64,000 bases of DNA from an uncultured Fimbriimonas sp. (GTDB lineage: Bacteria > Armatimonadota > Fimbriimonadia > Fimbriimonadales > Fimbriimonadaceae): NCBI GenBank assembly GCA_964619505.1, contig CAZUCK010000005.1, positions 10,300-74,299 on the forward strand. Direction: 5' to 3'. Shown here in pieces: positions 37,207 to 46,758 of the stretch. The position numbers were made by a program, and so were the translations under genes. Numbering within the stretch: the first letter of the stretch is position 1; the number at the start of each line of letters is the position of its first letter. Below the pieces are notes generated by a model. That model saw only the letters and a program-made list of their open reading frames with translations, had not been told where the DNA came from and did no database searches.

Positions 37207-39609
37207 TCACAGTTCCAAGGCTATTTGCTCGGGCATTGCGTCCGCGACGACGGTCGCTTTTGTCACGGGGTCCCGGCTGAGGTAGATGCATTGGTCGGCG
37301 ATCTGGTTGATCTCTTCGATGTGACTGATGATGAAGATCTGGCTGAAGCGGTTCTTCAGGCCGATGAGCCTTTCCAGGACGCTTTGGCGCCTCTCGGCGT
37401 CAAGGCTGCCAAACACTTCATCGAGGATGAGGAGCGACATGGGGTGGCCGCTCATCTCTTGAATCAGTTCGCTTAGGGCGAGTCGCAGAGAGAGAGCGAC
37501 CACGTCCTCTTCGCCACCCGAAATCACGTGTTTTACGACGTTGTCGTCGAGAAGGATGGGTTTGAAATTCTTGTCGAGATCCAGCAACGGATATCGACCG
37601 TTGGTGAGAATGCTGAGGTTCTCAGATGCGCGGGCGATGAGGTCGGGTCGGATGCTCTTGTTGAGTTCTTCCCTAAGTGCACGCAACTCCCTTTGCGCGA
37701 CTTCATGCACCGCTTCGAGTTGCTCGAGTTCTTTGAGTTCTTGATCTCGTTTGGCCCGCTCGCTCAGCCGCGTGACCGCTTCGTTGTGTCGAATTTCAGC
37801 TTGCTTATGGGCGGATTCGGAGGTCGCGATGGCGGCGTCTTGGATTTTGAGATCGGAGTCAAGCCTTCGGTGGGTTTCGATCGCCGTCTGGGCTTCTTCT
37901 TCTTGGGCAAAGCCGGTTGAGTTTCTCTGGGCTTTCAACTCGCCGTAGCGTGTACGCTCGGCTTCAAGCTCCTTATCGGCTGCCTCTTTGCTTTTGGCGG
38001 TGATGGCCAGGCGCTGGTCGGCGTCCACGAGGGCTAGGAAGCGCTCGTGCTGGGGTCTTAAATCGTTGAGCTTGCGAGCGAGGGCTTCATGGCGCCCCCT
38101 GTCGTAGTTGGAAGGGAGGACAGCCAGACCATCGCTGATCTCCTTCAGCTGCGTCTCGCGATTCTTGAGGTCAAGTTCAATGCCTTTCGATACCTGATGG
38201 GCAAGCATTGCCTCTTGGCGGGCCTCGTGTCCTTGCTTCAAATCGGTTTCGGCTTCAGTTTGCGATTGCACGGCGGCCGTGAGGGCCGCCGGGGGTTGGG
38301 AGAGATCGCGTACGGCTTTTTCGAGTTTGAGACGTTCACGGTCGCGTTTTTCCCACTCGGCTTTCCGAATGGTGAGCCCTTTCTTCATGGACTCCGACAC
38401 GGGCTGACCGCACTCGGGGCAGGTCCCCTTTGCGATCATGGCTTCCGCCTGGTTCAGTGAGTCCTTCAGTTGGTTGGCTTCCGCGACTGCCCGTTGCCAG
38501 ACCCCTTGGGCATTCAATTGGGCCGCCTTCCAGGCTCGATCCTGAATCTCGACTTCTTGCCGGGCGCTGCTTGCCGCTTGTGTCAGAAGGGCCACCGCCG
38601 CTTCGACTTTAGCAAGGTCAGGGACCGGCACATCGGCGGCCTTTTCCTTCAGCCTCGCGATCTCCTGATCGAGGTTCGCCTTTTGCTGGAGAAGGGCTTC
38701 TCGTTGTCGTTCGGACTCGCGCAGCTTTTCGCTTTCGACGAGCTGATTTTCCATCTCGCGGTATTGGGTCTCGGCAACCTCCAACTCCGCCTTTTCGGCG
38801 GAGTCCTTCTGGGCCACCGCGAATGCCGCTTCCGCTTGCTTCAAGGCGCTTTTGAGACCCTCAGCCTTTGCCTCGATCGCTCTCATGTCGCTCGCCAACT
38901 GGAGAAAAGACTCAGCCCTTTCCCGAGCAATCTTCGCCTCTGGAAGCTGTTTGAGGATGGCGGACCGGGCCAGCTGAGATTCTGCGATCCTAGAGGTGAC
39001 TTCTTGCAGGGCCGTGAGAGCGGCGAGTCGTTGGGCTTCCAATTCCAAGGGGTCGCCAAGCATGGCTCGGCCACCTTTGATCTCGTTCTCGAAGTTGCGG
39101 CGGCGCTGGCGGGCGAGCTCTTCAGCTTGTTTGAGGCGATCGAAGCCAAGCATCCTTGCGACTTCGTCCTGCTGAGCTGAGTTGGTCTTGAAGTTCAGGA
39201 ACCCAAGGTTCTTTTGTTCCGCGCAGAACGAGTTGATGAATTGCTCGTAATTGAGGCCGAGGAGCTTCTCACATGCGCGTTTGACGTCAGTTTTGCTGGA
39301 GGCGAGGGTGAAGGCGTTGTCGCCGAGGGTTCTCAGATGGGCGTCGACGTGGGTGCGGCAGACTTCGTAAACGGTGCCTCCAAATTCGAATTGGAGGGTG
39401 GCGGCATAGCGTTTCCCGTCGCTCCAGAAGAACTTGATGTTCTCCAGATTGTCTCGTTGCTCACCGTAGAGAGCGAAGGTTACAGCCTCCAGGAGGGTGG
39501 TTTTGCCGGTGCCATTGGCGCCGACGACGGCCGTCATGCCGTCACTGAACGTGATGCAGGAATCCCGGTGCTGCCGGAAGTTCTCAAGCCTCAACTGGAG
39601 CAGTTTCAA
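37207..39609 (-). CDS. sbcC: SbcC/Rad50-family DNA double-strand-break repair ATPase
   Basis: Walker A GANGTGKTT, long coiled-coil, zinc hook GTCPECGQP, signature ISGGEEDVVALSLRLAL, Walker B LILDEVFGSLD. TTG start overlaps the sbcD 3' end by 26 nt. Confidence 0.9.
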   Translation of the reverse strand: MKLLQLRLENFRQHRDSCITFSDGMTAVVGANGTGKTTLLEAVTFALYGEQRDNLENIKFFWSDGKRYAATLQFEFGGTVYEVCRTHVDAHLRTLGDNAFTLASSKTDVKRACEKLLGLNYEQFINSFCAEQKNLGFLNFKTNSAQQDEVARMLGFDRLKQAEELARQRRRNFENEIKGGRAMLGDPLELEAQRLAALTALQEVTSRIAESQLARSAILKQLPEAKIARERAESFLQLASDMRAIEAKAEGLKSALKQAEAAFAVAQKDSAEKAELEVAETQYREMENQLVESEKLRESERQREALLQQKANLDQEIARLKEKAADVPVPDLAKVEAAVALLTQAASSARQEVEIQDRAWKAAQLNAQGVWQRAVAEANQLKDSLNQAEAMIAKGTCPECGQPVSESMKKGLTIRKAEWEKRDRERLKLEKAVRDLSQPPAALTAAVQSQTEAETDLKQGHEARQEAMLAHQVSKGIELDLKNRETQLKEISDGLAVLPSNYDRGRHEALARKLNDLRPQHERFLALVDADQRLAITAKSKEAADKELEAERTRYGELKAQRNSTGFAQEEEAQTAIETHRRLDSDLKIQDAAIATSESAHKQAEIRHNEAVTRLSERAKRDQELKELEQLEAVHEVAQRELRALREELNKSIRPDLIARASENLSILTNGRYPLLDLDKNFKPILLDDNVVKHVISGGEEDVVALSLRLALSELIQEMSGHPMSLLILDEVFGSLDAERRQSVLERLIGLKNRFSQIFIISHIEEINQIADQCIYLSRDPVTKATVVADAMPEQIALEL

Positions 39610-40717
39610 GCTCTTTCGCCTCCTGCAAGAGATCGTTCCCGAGTGCTTTCACTTCTTCCCTTCCAACGTCGGTAGGCAGTTTTGCACCATCGATGTGTTC
39701 GGCCCAACTTGCTTCCAGGGAGCGTGTCCGCCCATCCTGGGTCAAGCCGATGGAATATGCGGTCGGCGGAAAAGTCTTAAGGCGGTAATCCAAGGTTCTC
39801 AACTGGATGGAGCGGACGGCTTCAAGGCTGATTTTTGCCCGAACCTCAGGGCGAACGTTGCGTACAAGTTGGCGGACAATGGGCATCTCTTCGCCCCACT
39901 TCGCCGCAGCGACAAGTCGATCGCCCAGTTCGTCAGCGGTTAGACCATCGCCATCGAGACTGGGCAAATCGATGACCTTTCGCGTGTCTAGCTTCTGGAA
40001 TTCCATTTCGGTCCTCTCTGTATCGAAAAGGACCCAGCCTTTGGGCGTTCCCGTTTCCTCCCAAATGTTGCTGGAAGTAAAGTCCGTTGAGCCTGCATAG
40101 CATACGTTCTTGCCGAATGCCTGGTGCTTGTGGAAATCGCCGAGTGCAACGTACGTCCAGAGGTGATGGCGGGTCTCATCCAAGTCGAAATTCGACGTGT
40201 TGGGAAGCATCGCTTGGGTCGCGATACCGTGCACCGAAAGGAGGCTGAACCGCTTCCGCAGTTGGGGGACCCAATCGATGCTTTGCCGCTGGATTAGGCT
40301 TTTGCTGGGGACACAAAGCACCTCGAGATCCAGCTCGTCGATGGCAAAGGCGGCGGCTTCCGACGGATGCACGCGGATGCCCGGGATGCCTTTGAACAGC
40401 TTTAAGATGTTGCCGCTGTCGCTTGTTTTCGGGGTGTCGTGATTTCCGCCGACGATGATGAACGGCTTGGCGTCTCGCTTTGCTTGGAAGGTGCCCAGCG
40501 CTCTGAACGCTTCAACGATGGTGGCGTTGCTTGGCCGTACGACGTCGAAGAGGTCACCGCTGTGGATAACCACATCCGGGTCCGTTTCCAAGATCGCAGC
40601 CAGACAGGCCCTAAAAGTCTGCATGACGTCGTACTCGCGCTGGTTGAAGCCCTGCGGGGTCGACCGATTGAACGCTCGGAAGCCAAGGTGGGTGTCGCTG
40701 AGGTGGGCGATCTTCAT
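39584..40717 (-). CDS. sbcD: SbcD/Mre11-family nuclease
   Basis: Internal ATG 40717 gives MKIAHLSDTHLG (motif I), followed by HSGDLFD, GGNHD and VHG. The 46 codons upstream in ORF 39584..40855 were rejected. Confidence 0.9.
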   Translation of the reverse strand: MKIAHLSDTHLGFRAFNRSTPQGFNQREYDVMQTFRACLAAILETDPDVVIHSGDLFDVVRPSNATIVEAFRALGTFQAKRDAKPFIIVGGNHDTPKTSDSGNILKLFKGIPGIRVHPSEAAAFAIDELDLEVLCVPSKSLIQRQSIDWVPQLRKRFSLLSVHGIATQAMLPNTSNFDLDETRHHLWTYVALGDFHKHQAFGKNVCYAGSTDFTSSNIWEETGTPKGWVLFDTERTEMEFQKLDTRKVIDLPSLDGDGLTADELGDRLVAAAKWGEEMPIVRQLVRNVRPEVRAKISLEAVRSIQLRTLDYRLKTFPPTAYSIGLTQDGRTRSLEASWAEHIDGAKLPTDVGREEVKALGNDLLQEAKELETAPVEA

Positions 40718-40869
40718 GGGAACGTGCGGAGTATACACCCGTCTACTTGTCGGCGGATGTTCGAAATCTTCATTGAAAGAGACGTTTGAAAGGTCCTGAA
40801 CGCCATGGCCGAACGTCCAAAACGAGTGGACCGCGTAACAATTGAGACTTCCCACCCATCTTAAAACCT

Positions 40870-41436
40870 ATGCTGATTCGACCCAAGACAAAGGAAACCG
40901 ACCCAGATCTTGAGAATTTGCATGTAGGCGACTTAGAGGTTACGGAAGAGGGCGTGCACGAAACGGGGGCAGAGCCTCCGAGTCAAGCGGGAGCTGCGGT
41001 TGCCGTCGTGCTCGCGATGTTTTATCTTCTTCGGGCGTTTGAATTTGCAGCCATTTACGGTTACACATTGCACTTTGCTTCCCAGCCGGGGAGGGTGCTT
41101 GATCTTCGGTGGGTCGTGGCGGCCTATTGCGTTTTGGCTACTGGGCTCCTTCTCATCGCACCCAGGTTCACCGCCTGGTTTGCTCCTGGAAATGGGTGGC
41201 GTGTAGGCAGGCTCGCACTCGTCAGTTTGGGCTTTTACTTGTTTTCGCTGAGCGTGCAGCCCTTGATGCTCCTAGCCATCGGCCTGCCACCGAGTGGCCG
41301 AGCGAACAATGTTTTTGCCACCTTCATGGACCCGGATCAGGCGACTTACGCTCCTGCCGTGCTGGGGCTTGCGATCTTGCTGATCATGGGGGTCGCAATG
41401 CGGATGGCCGTTTCGCACCCCGAGCCTGAAGAATAG
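40870..41436 (+). CDS. hypothetical integral membrane protein
   Basis: 188 aa with an acidic N-terminus followed by about four hydrophobic helices. No recognisable family. Confidence 0.45.
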   Translation: MLIRPKTKETDPDLENLHVGDLEVTEEGVHETGAEPPSQAGAAVAVVLAMFYLLRAFEFAAIYGYTLHFASQPGRVLDLRWVVAAYCVLATGLLLIAPRFTAWFAPGNGWRVGRLALVSLGFYLFSLSVQPLMLLAIGLPPSGRANNVFATFMDPDQATYAPAVLGLAILLIMGVAMRMAVSHPEPEE

Positions 41437-41454
41437 CGCGGGTACGCTTGGTTC

Positions 41455-42354
41455 ATGCTGTCTGCCCCCATCACTTCCCCCGGCAAACGTCTGCGTGAGC
41501 TCATGAAGGAGGACTGCGTTCTCCTTCCCGGAGTGTTCAACGGCATCAGCGCACGCGCCGCGCACAGCGCGGGGGCAAAGGCGCTTTACATCACGGGAGC
41601 TGGAGTCACGAACGCCGCGCTGGGAGTGCCGGACGTGGCATTGGTGACGCTGAACGAAATGGCATCGGCGGCGGCAAGCATATGCGAGATCGCCCCAATC
41701 CCAGTCATTTCGGATGCAGACACTGGGTTTGGCGAGACGATGAATGTCTCGCGTACCGTGATTGAGATGGAACGTGCAGGCCTCGCCGGCATCCATTTGG
41801 AGGACCAAGTAAGTCCCAAACGCTGCGGCCACCTTGACGGCAAGGGGGTCATTACGGCGGAGGAGATGTCGATGAAGATTCTTGCCGCGGTCGAAAGCAA
41901 GAAGGATCCATCGTTCATGATCGTTGCCCGTACCGATGCCCGAGGAGTTGAAGGTCTGGATGCAGCGATCGAGCGTGCGAGGCGCTATGAAGCGTTCGGC
42001 GCGGACGCCATTTTTCCTGAAGGGCTGACAACGGAAGATGAGTTCGAGGCGTTCCGCAAGGCACTGAAAGTGCCTCTGCTTGCGAACATGACGGAGTTCG
42101 GTAAAACGCCTCTGATTCCCCTTTCTCAGTTCAAGTCGCTTGGGTACAATTTGGTCATCTTCCCGATGACGGCTTTTCGGGTGATGCTTAAGGCAATCTC
42201 TGAAACTTACGAGGAGTTGCTTGAAACAGGCACCCAAGCGGGACTTCTGGACAAGATGCGCACGCGGGCCGAATTGTACGATTTGATTGAGTACGAAGCC
42301 TACAGCGCAAGAGACCGGCGGTGGGCCGATAAGGTTGTCAAGGGAGACGCGTAG
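41455..42354 (+). CDS. prpB: methylisocitrate lyase (isocitrate lyase/PEP mutase superfamily)
   Basis: SPGKRLRELMKED.VLLPGVFNGISA, ISDADTGFGE and IHLEDQVSPKRCGHLDGK (the KRCGH catalytic loop) match PrpB. Confidence 0.9.
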   Translation: MLSAPITSPGKRLRELMKEDCVLLPGVFNGISARAAHSAGAKALYITGAGVTNAALGVPDVALVTLNEMASAAASICEIAPIPVISDADTGFGETMNVSRTVIEMERAGLAGIHLEDQVSPKRCGHLDGKGVITAEEMSMKILAAVESKKDPSFMIVARTDARGVEGLDAAIERARRYEAFGADAIFPEGLTTEDEFEAFRKALKVPLLANMTEFGKTPLIPLSQFKSLGYNLVIFPMTAFRVMLKAISETYEELLETGTQAGLLDKMRTRAELYDLIEYEAYSARDRRWADKVVKGDA

Positions 42355-42399
42355 TCAGAGGCATAGGCCATAAGAACGCGAACGATTCAAAGAGGAAAC

Positions 42400-43545
42400 A
42401 TGAGCGCAACAGCCAGCCACCCGAACTATAGCCCCGGACTCGAGGGCGTCATTGCCGGAATCAGCACGATCAGCGAGATCGACAGCGATCGAAGCAGTCT
42501 TCAATACCGCGGCGTAGACGTCCACGATTTGGCGGAGCGAGGATCTTTCGAACAAACCGCCTATCTGCTGATTTACAACAAGCTGCCCAACAAGAAGGAG
42601 CTCGAGGATTTCAACAAATTGCTGGGAGCCGAGCGGGACGTTCCCGACGCCGTCTACTCGACCTTGCGAAGCCTGCCCAAAAACACGCACCCAATGGACG
42701 CGATCCGTGCCGCCTATGCGGTGTTGGCTCCCTACGATCCCGACTACAATGCGCCATCGACCGACCACGCCGCAAATGTCCGCAAAGCGGTACGTATCAT
42801 CGCGAAGGCGGGAACGATGGTCGCCAACGGCCATCGTCTGCGCATGGGCCAAGAGGTCGTCAAACCTGACCCTTCGCTCGGCACCGCTGCGAACTTCCTT
42901 TACATCTTAAACGGTGCGAAGCCGGACGATTACACGGTGACCGTGATGGACGCATCCCTGACCCTGTATGCGGAGCACGGATTCAATGCCAGCACTTTTG
43001 CCAACCGCGTGACGGTTGCCACCTTGAGCGATCTATACAGCGGCGTCATCACGGGCATCGGCACTCTTCGCGGACCGCTCCATGGCGGCGCAAACGAGGA
43101 AGCGATGAAGATGCTCATGGAGATCGGTTCACCCGACAAGGCTGAGGCTTGGATCCGCGATGCGCTCGCAACCAAGAAGAAGATCATGGGCTTTGGCCAT
43201 CGGGAGTACAAGAAGGGCGACAGTCGCGCCATGTACATGACCAAGGTCGGCAAGGAAATCGGCCGACGGATGGGTAACACCAAGTGGGGCGACATCGCCG
43301 ACATCTTGGAAAAAGTGATGCGGGACGAGAAGGGCCTTTACCCGAACGTCGACTTCCCCGCCGCCTATGCTTACTATCTGCTGGGCATCCCGATCGACTT
43401 GTATACGCCGATCTTCGTGATTGCACGCGTTTCTGGTTGGACCGCCCACGCAATCGAACAGCTGGACAACAACCGACTGATTCGCCCGACGGTCATTTAC
43501 GAAGGCGAGCACAACGTCGCCTACGTTCCGATCGACGAACGCTGA
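42400..43545 (+). CDS. prpC: citrate synthase family enzyme, probably 2-methylcitrate synthase
   Basis: Short-form citrate synthase: GLEGVIAGISTIS, LYAEHGFNAST, GPLHGGANE and MGFGHREYK.GDSR. The assignment to the methylcitrate cycle rests on adjacency to prpB. Confidence 0.8.
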   Translation: MSATASHPNYSPGLEGVIAGISTISEIDSDRSSLQYRGVDVHDLAERGSFEQTAYLLIYNKLPNKKELEDFNKLLGAERDVPDAVYSTLRSLPKNTHPMDAIRAAYAVLAPYDPDYNAPSTDHAANVRKAVRIIAKAGTMVANGHRLRMGQEVVKPDPSLGTAANFLYILNGAKPDDYTVTVMDASLTLYAEHGFNASTFANRVTVATLSDLYSGVITGIGTLRGPLHGGANEEAMKMLMEIGSPDKAEAWIRDALATKKKIMGFGHREYKKGDSRAMYMTKVGKEIGRRMGNTKWGDIADILEKVMRDEKGLYPNVDFPAAYAYYLLGIPIDLYTPIFVIARVSGWTAHAIEQLDNNRLIRPTVIYEGEHNVAYVPIDER

Positions 43546-43560
43546 CCCCACTTGCTAAGA

Positions 43561-43592
43561 ATGGCCCCCGAGGATCCTCGGGGGGCCATTTT
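43561..43592. terminator. rho-independent-type terminator hairpin between convergent prpC and ruvC
   Basis: ATGGCCCCCGAGG-ATCC-TCGGGGGGCCAT forms a ~12-bp GC-rich stem with one bulged G, followed by a TTTT run. It starts 15 nt after the prpC stop. Confidence 0.6.
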
Positions 43593-43782
43593 CACTTTAT
43601 CGCCCCAAGGTACCGGTGTGTGGAAGCCGCCAGGTCGAAATCGAAGAGGTATACGGCCGGCGACGTTAGAGCCCGCTGGGAGGTTACTTCTCGGAAAGAA
43701 CAAGAGGCACCCGCGGCAAGATCCCATCGCTTCGCTCCAGAATGACGGGTTCCATCGGGGACCCCGAATCATCAGCAAACCG

Positions 43783-44265
43783 TCACTTTCCCAGAGCGAT
43801 GTTGGAACGAAACGCGTGGCAAATCGCGATCGCAAGGGCATCGGCAACATCGTCCGGCTTTGGGGGTGCCGATAAGCCAAGCAGTTTGGCGACCATGAAC
43901 TGGACTTGTTTCTTCTCCGCTGAACCCGTGCCCACTACAGACTGCTTCACTTCAGGCGGACTGTATTCGGACCACTGAAGGCCCTTTTGGCTGGCCGCCA
44001 GCAGGATGCCGCCGAGCGACTTGGCCACGTCCATCGCCGTCGTCTTGTTCACCGTAAAAAGCAGGCGTTCGGTTGCCATGCCGTCAGGCTGATGCTCATC
44101 AATCAATTGCAAAACGCGCTCGTGAACGAGGCGGATGCGATCGGGCATGGGGATCTGAGGCGTCTCGATGAGGCCGTAGGCGACCGGTGTCAGCCGGGAG
44201 CCCTCTTTCAGGATCACGCCGTAGCCCACGCGGCCGAAGCCGGGATCGATGCCAAGGATCTTCAT
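43783..44265 (-). CDS. ruvC: crossover junction endodeoxyribonuclease RuvC
   Basis: MKILGIDPGFGRVGYGV..., ERLLFTVNKT and PDDVADALAIAICH are RuvC catalytic-acid motifs. The start overlaps the mutL stop (ATGA). Confidence 0.93.
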   Translation of the reverse strand: MKILGIDPGFGRVGYGVILKEGSRLTPVAYGLIETPQIPMPDRIRLVHERVLQLIDEHQPDGMATERLLFTVNKTTAMDVAKSLGGILLAASQKGLQWSEYSPPEVKQSVVGTGSAEKKQVQFMVAKLLGLSAPPKPDDVADALAIAICHAFRSNIALGK

Positions 44266-46046
44266 GTGCGCTTGAATTTCCTGAAGAGTTCATCCCTGCC
44301 GAGGGTGATCGTGATGGGGCGTCCGTGGGGACACATGTAGGGGTTCTCGGTCGTGGCCAAGTCGAGTATCAACTTCTCCATCTCGGCGACGCTCAGAGGG
44401 TCGCCCGACTTGACGGCCATTTTGCATGAGGAGGTGATCCAGATTTGCTCGCGGGTCGGAACCAGCTTGCGGGTGACGCTGGATTCCACCAGCTCATCGA
44501 CCATATCTTGAAGCACCTTGACCGGGTCCTTGCCCTTCAGCGCGGCGGGCGCGGCGCGAATGATGTAGCTTTCGCCGCCAAACGGCTCAAGGTCGAAGCC
44601 CACCTTTTCGACCTCCTCCATCCGGTCTCTGAAGAGAACCGCCGCGCGTTTGTCGAGGTGGAGGGTGACGGGCGTCAGCAAGACCTGCTTTTCGATGGCG
44701 CTCGCTCCTTTGAGTCCGCATAGATATTCGTAGAGGATTCGCTCGTGCGCGACGTGCTGATCGATGATGACGATCCCTCTGGCCGTCTCGGCGACGATGA
44801 ACGTATTCATCGCCTGGCCAAGTACTCGAAGTCCCTCAAGGAGCTCCCCGAATGGGTATCGCTCCGTTTGCAGCTCGGTCGGGCCCGGTTCCAATCCCGA
44901 TTCCGGCATCGGAACACTCATGGCGCTGAGGGGAGATTGCGCCTGGATGGTGAGCTCTGCGATGTTTACCGGAGGCCATGGAGCCGGGGGCCGCGCCATG
45001 GCGAGAGCTTCGTTGGCGGCGGCGACCGCCCCTGCCGCGGGCATCATTCCGTGTTCCATGAGGGCAGACTTTACGGCGACGCGGACGGCGTCGAATGCGG
45101 CGCCTTCTTGTTGGAATTTGACTTCGCTCTTCGTGGGGGAGACGTTGACGTCCAGCCTGGCCGGGTCCATCTCGATGGCGAGGGCGACGATCGGATAGCG
45201 CTTCTCGGGGGTAAGGTCGCGATAGGCTTGGTCAAGGGCAGCCATGAGCGTGCGTGTCCTGACGGGCCGGCCATTGACGCTGAAGTATTGATACGCGCGA
45301 GTGTGACGCGTGACGTGGGGCGGACTCACGAACCCACGGAGTTCGAGCCCGCCGACCGTTGTACGAACTTCGGCTAGACTTCGTGCAATTTCCCTTCCCC
45401 AGACATGCGAGATCGCTTCGAGCATGTCGCCCGTCCCTGTGGTCTCGATCGCAAGCTGGCTGTTGTGTCGCATTGTGATGGCAAGGTGGGGGTAGGCAAT
45501 GGCATAGCGAGAGATGACTTCCAGGCAGGCGCCCAGTTCGGTTGTGTCGGACTTCAAGAACTTGAGCCTGGCGGGCGTGTTGAAGAAGAGGTCTTCGACG
45601 ATGACTTCTGTGCCCTTGGGCCCCGAGGTCGCGGCTGGCTCTTGGATGATCGAGCCATCCACTTTGAGTACGGCGCGCAATCCGTCCCCTAAAGCGGTGG
45701 ACAAGGTCATTTTAGAAACGGAGGCGATGCTGGGAAGGGCCTCGCCGCGAAAGCCGAGGGTTTGAACGCCAAGCAGGTCGTCGACTGAGGATATCTTGGA
45801 CGTTGCGTGCCTTTGAAGAGCTTGTCGGGCGTCTTCGAGGCTCATACCAATCCCGTTGTCGCTGACCCGGATCAGGGATTTGCCACTGTCGGCGAGATCG
45901 ATGTCAATCTTGGTCGCCCCGGCGTCGATCGCATTCTCAATCAGTTCTTTGAGGGCTGAGGCGGGCCGCTCGACCACCTCGCCAGCCGCGATCTGGTTGA
46001 CCGTGTGCGTGTCGAGGAGATGGACTTTGCGGACGATGGTCGCCAT
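44262..46046 (-). CDS. mutL: DNA mismatch repair protein MutL
   Basis: Internal ATG 46046 gives MATIVRKVHLLDTHTVNQIAAGEVVERPASALKELIENAIDAGAT (GHKL N-terminus). The C-terminal dimerisation/endonuclease region contains QHVAHERILYE and ...CPHGRP. Confidence 0.95.
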   Translation of the reverse strand: MATIVRKVHLLDTHTVNQIAAGEVVERPASALKELIENAIDAGATKIDIDLADSGKSLIRVSDNGIGMSLEDARQALQRHATSKISSVDDLLGVQTLGFRGEALPSIASVSKMTLSTALGDGLRAVLKVDGSIIQEPAATSGPKGTEVIVEDLFFNTPARLKFLKSDTTELGACLEVISRYAIAYPHLAITMRHNSQLAIETTGTGDMLEAISHVWGREIARSLAEVRTTVGGLELRGFVSPPHVTRHTRAYQYFSVNGRPVRTRTLMAALDQAYRDLTPEKRYPIVALAIEMDPARLDVNVSPTKSEVKFQQEGAAFDAVRVAVKSALMEHGMMPAAGAVAAANEALAMARPPAPWPPVNIAELTIQAQSPLSAMSVPMPESGLEPGPTELQTERYPFGELLEGLRVLGQAMNTFIVAETARGIVIIDQHVAHERILYEYLCGLKGASAIEKQVLLTPVTLHLDKRAAVLFRDRMEEVEKVGFDLEPFGGESYIIRAAPAALKGKDPVKVLQDMVDELVESSVTRKLVPTREQIWITSSCKMAVKSGDPLSVAEMEKLILDLATTENPYMCPHGRPITITLGRDELFRKFKRT

Positions 46047-46151
46047 GTTGGTTGACTCATTGTAATCGGTTGGAGGAATGAATGATGCGACTGAAGAGCC
46101 TGGAGCTTGAGGTCCTGACTTCCGAGGCTCAACCAGTACAATGAAGGTCAA

Positions 46152-46478
46152 ATGTCAGATGGAGCGACGCTGATTGTCACCCGGATGGACGAAAGGGACA
46201 TCCGCTTTAGGGAGGCACTGGTTTTGCTCAACGGCAAAGAGATCGCCAATCTGAAATACGGCGACACATTGGAGCAATCGCTGAAGTCGGGAACTTACAC
46301 GGTTCAAGCGACGAACCGCGTTTTCAAGAGCGCGGTGTTTGAATTGGAACTCAAAGAAGGTGAGCGGGCAGAATTCTCAACAGGAAACGTGCCGAACGGC
46401 TGCTTCGGCTTCCTGATGATCCTTCAGATGGCGCCGCCGACCATCTTCTTGAAGAGGACCGGCGACGCAAGGGACTAG
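46152..46478 (+). CDS. small hypothetical protein
   Basis: A 108-codon ORF divergent from mutL with coding-like composition. Beta-rich sequence with a hydrophobic C-terminal stretch (CFGFLMILQMAPPTIFL). No family recognised. Confidence 0.4.
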   Translation: MSDGATLIVTRMDERDIRFREALVLLNGKEIANLKYGDTLEQSLKSGTYTVQATNRVFKSAVFELELKEGERAEFSTGNVPNGCFGFLMILQMAPPTIFLKRTGDARD

Positions 46479-46485
46479 CCGTTGA

Positions 46486-46758
46486 TTACCAGCGGCCGCG
46501 ACCGCCGCCACCGCCACCGCCACTTCGAGGCTCACGGGGTCTGGCTTCGTTGACTGTCAATGTTCGGCCGTCGAGCTGCTTATTGTGCATCTCAGCGATC
46601 GCCGTGTCGAGTTGGTCTCCGTCAATGTCGACGAATCCGAATCCGCGTCCCTCAACGATTCTTGCGCTGCTGGCTCCGTAGGGTGCGAAGGCGGCTGTGA
46701 GCCCTTCCTCCGTGGTGGAGTAGGAAAGGTTTCCTACGTATAGCGATTTAGTGGCCAT
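46486..46758 (-). CDS. RRM-type RNA-binding protein with Gly/Arg-rich tail
   Basis: RNP2 LYVGNL and RNP1 RGFGFV, with a C-terminal GGGGGGGRGRW tail. 90 aa. Confidence 0.9.
   Translation of the reverse strand: MATKSLYVGNLSYSTTEEGLTAAFAPYGASSARIVEGRGFGFVDIDGDQLDTAIAEMHNKQLDGRTLTVNEARPREPRSGGGGGGGRGRW

Noticed and set aside
37207-40717. The SbcC/SbcD pair as a disguised defence module (Rad50/Mre11-like ATPase-nuclease pairs occur in several anti-phage systems)
   Set aside because: Both proteins carry the full canonical SbcCD motif set, including the CxxC zinc hook and the Mre11 phosphoesterase motifs. They are arranged in the standard sbcD-sbcC order, with no extra partner genes.
41272-42237. 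A 321-aa minus-strand ORF over prpB. Similar long antisense ORFs occur over ku (20417..21208), the RmlA-like gene (5125..5790), the UbiA gene (11467..12324) and the M3 peptidase (56600..57463, 57518..58213).
   Set aside because: In each case the opposite strand carries a gene with strong family motifs. The antisense translations have biased composition and no motifs.
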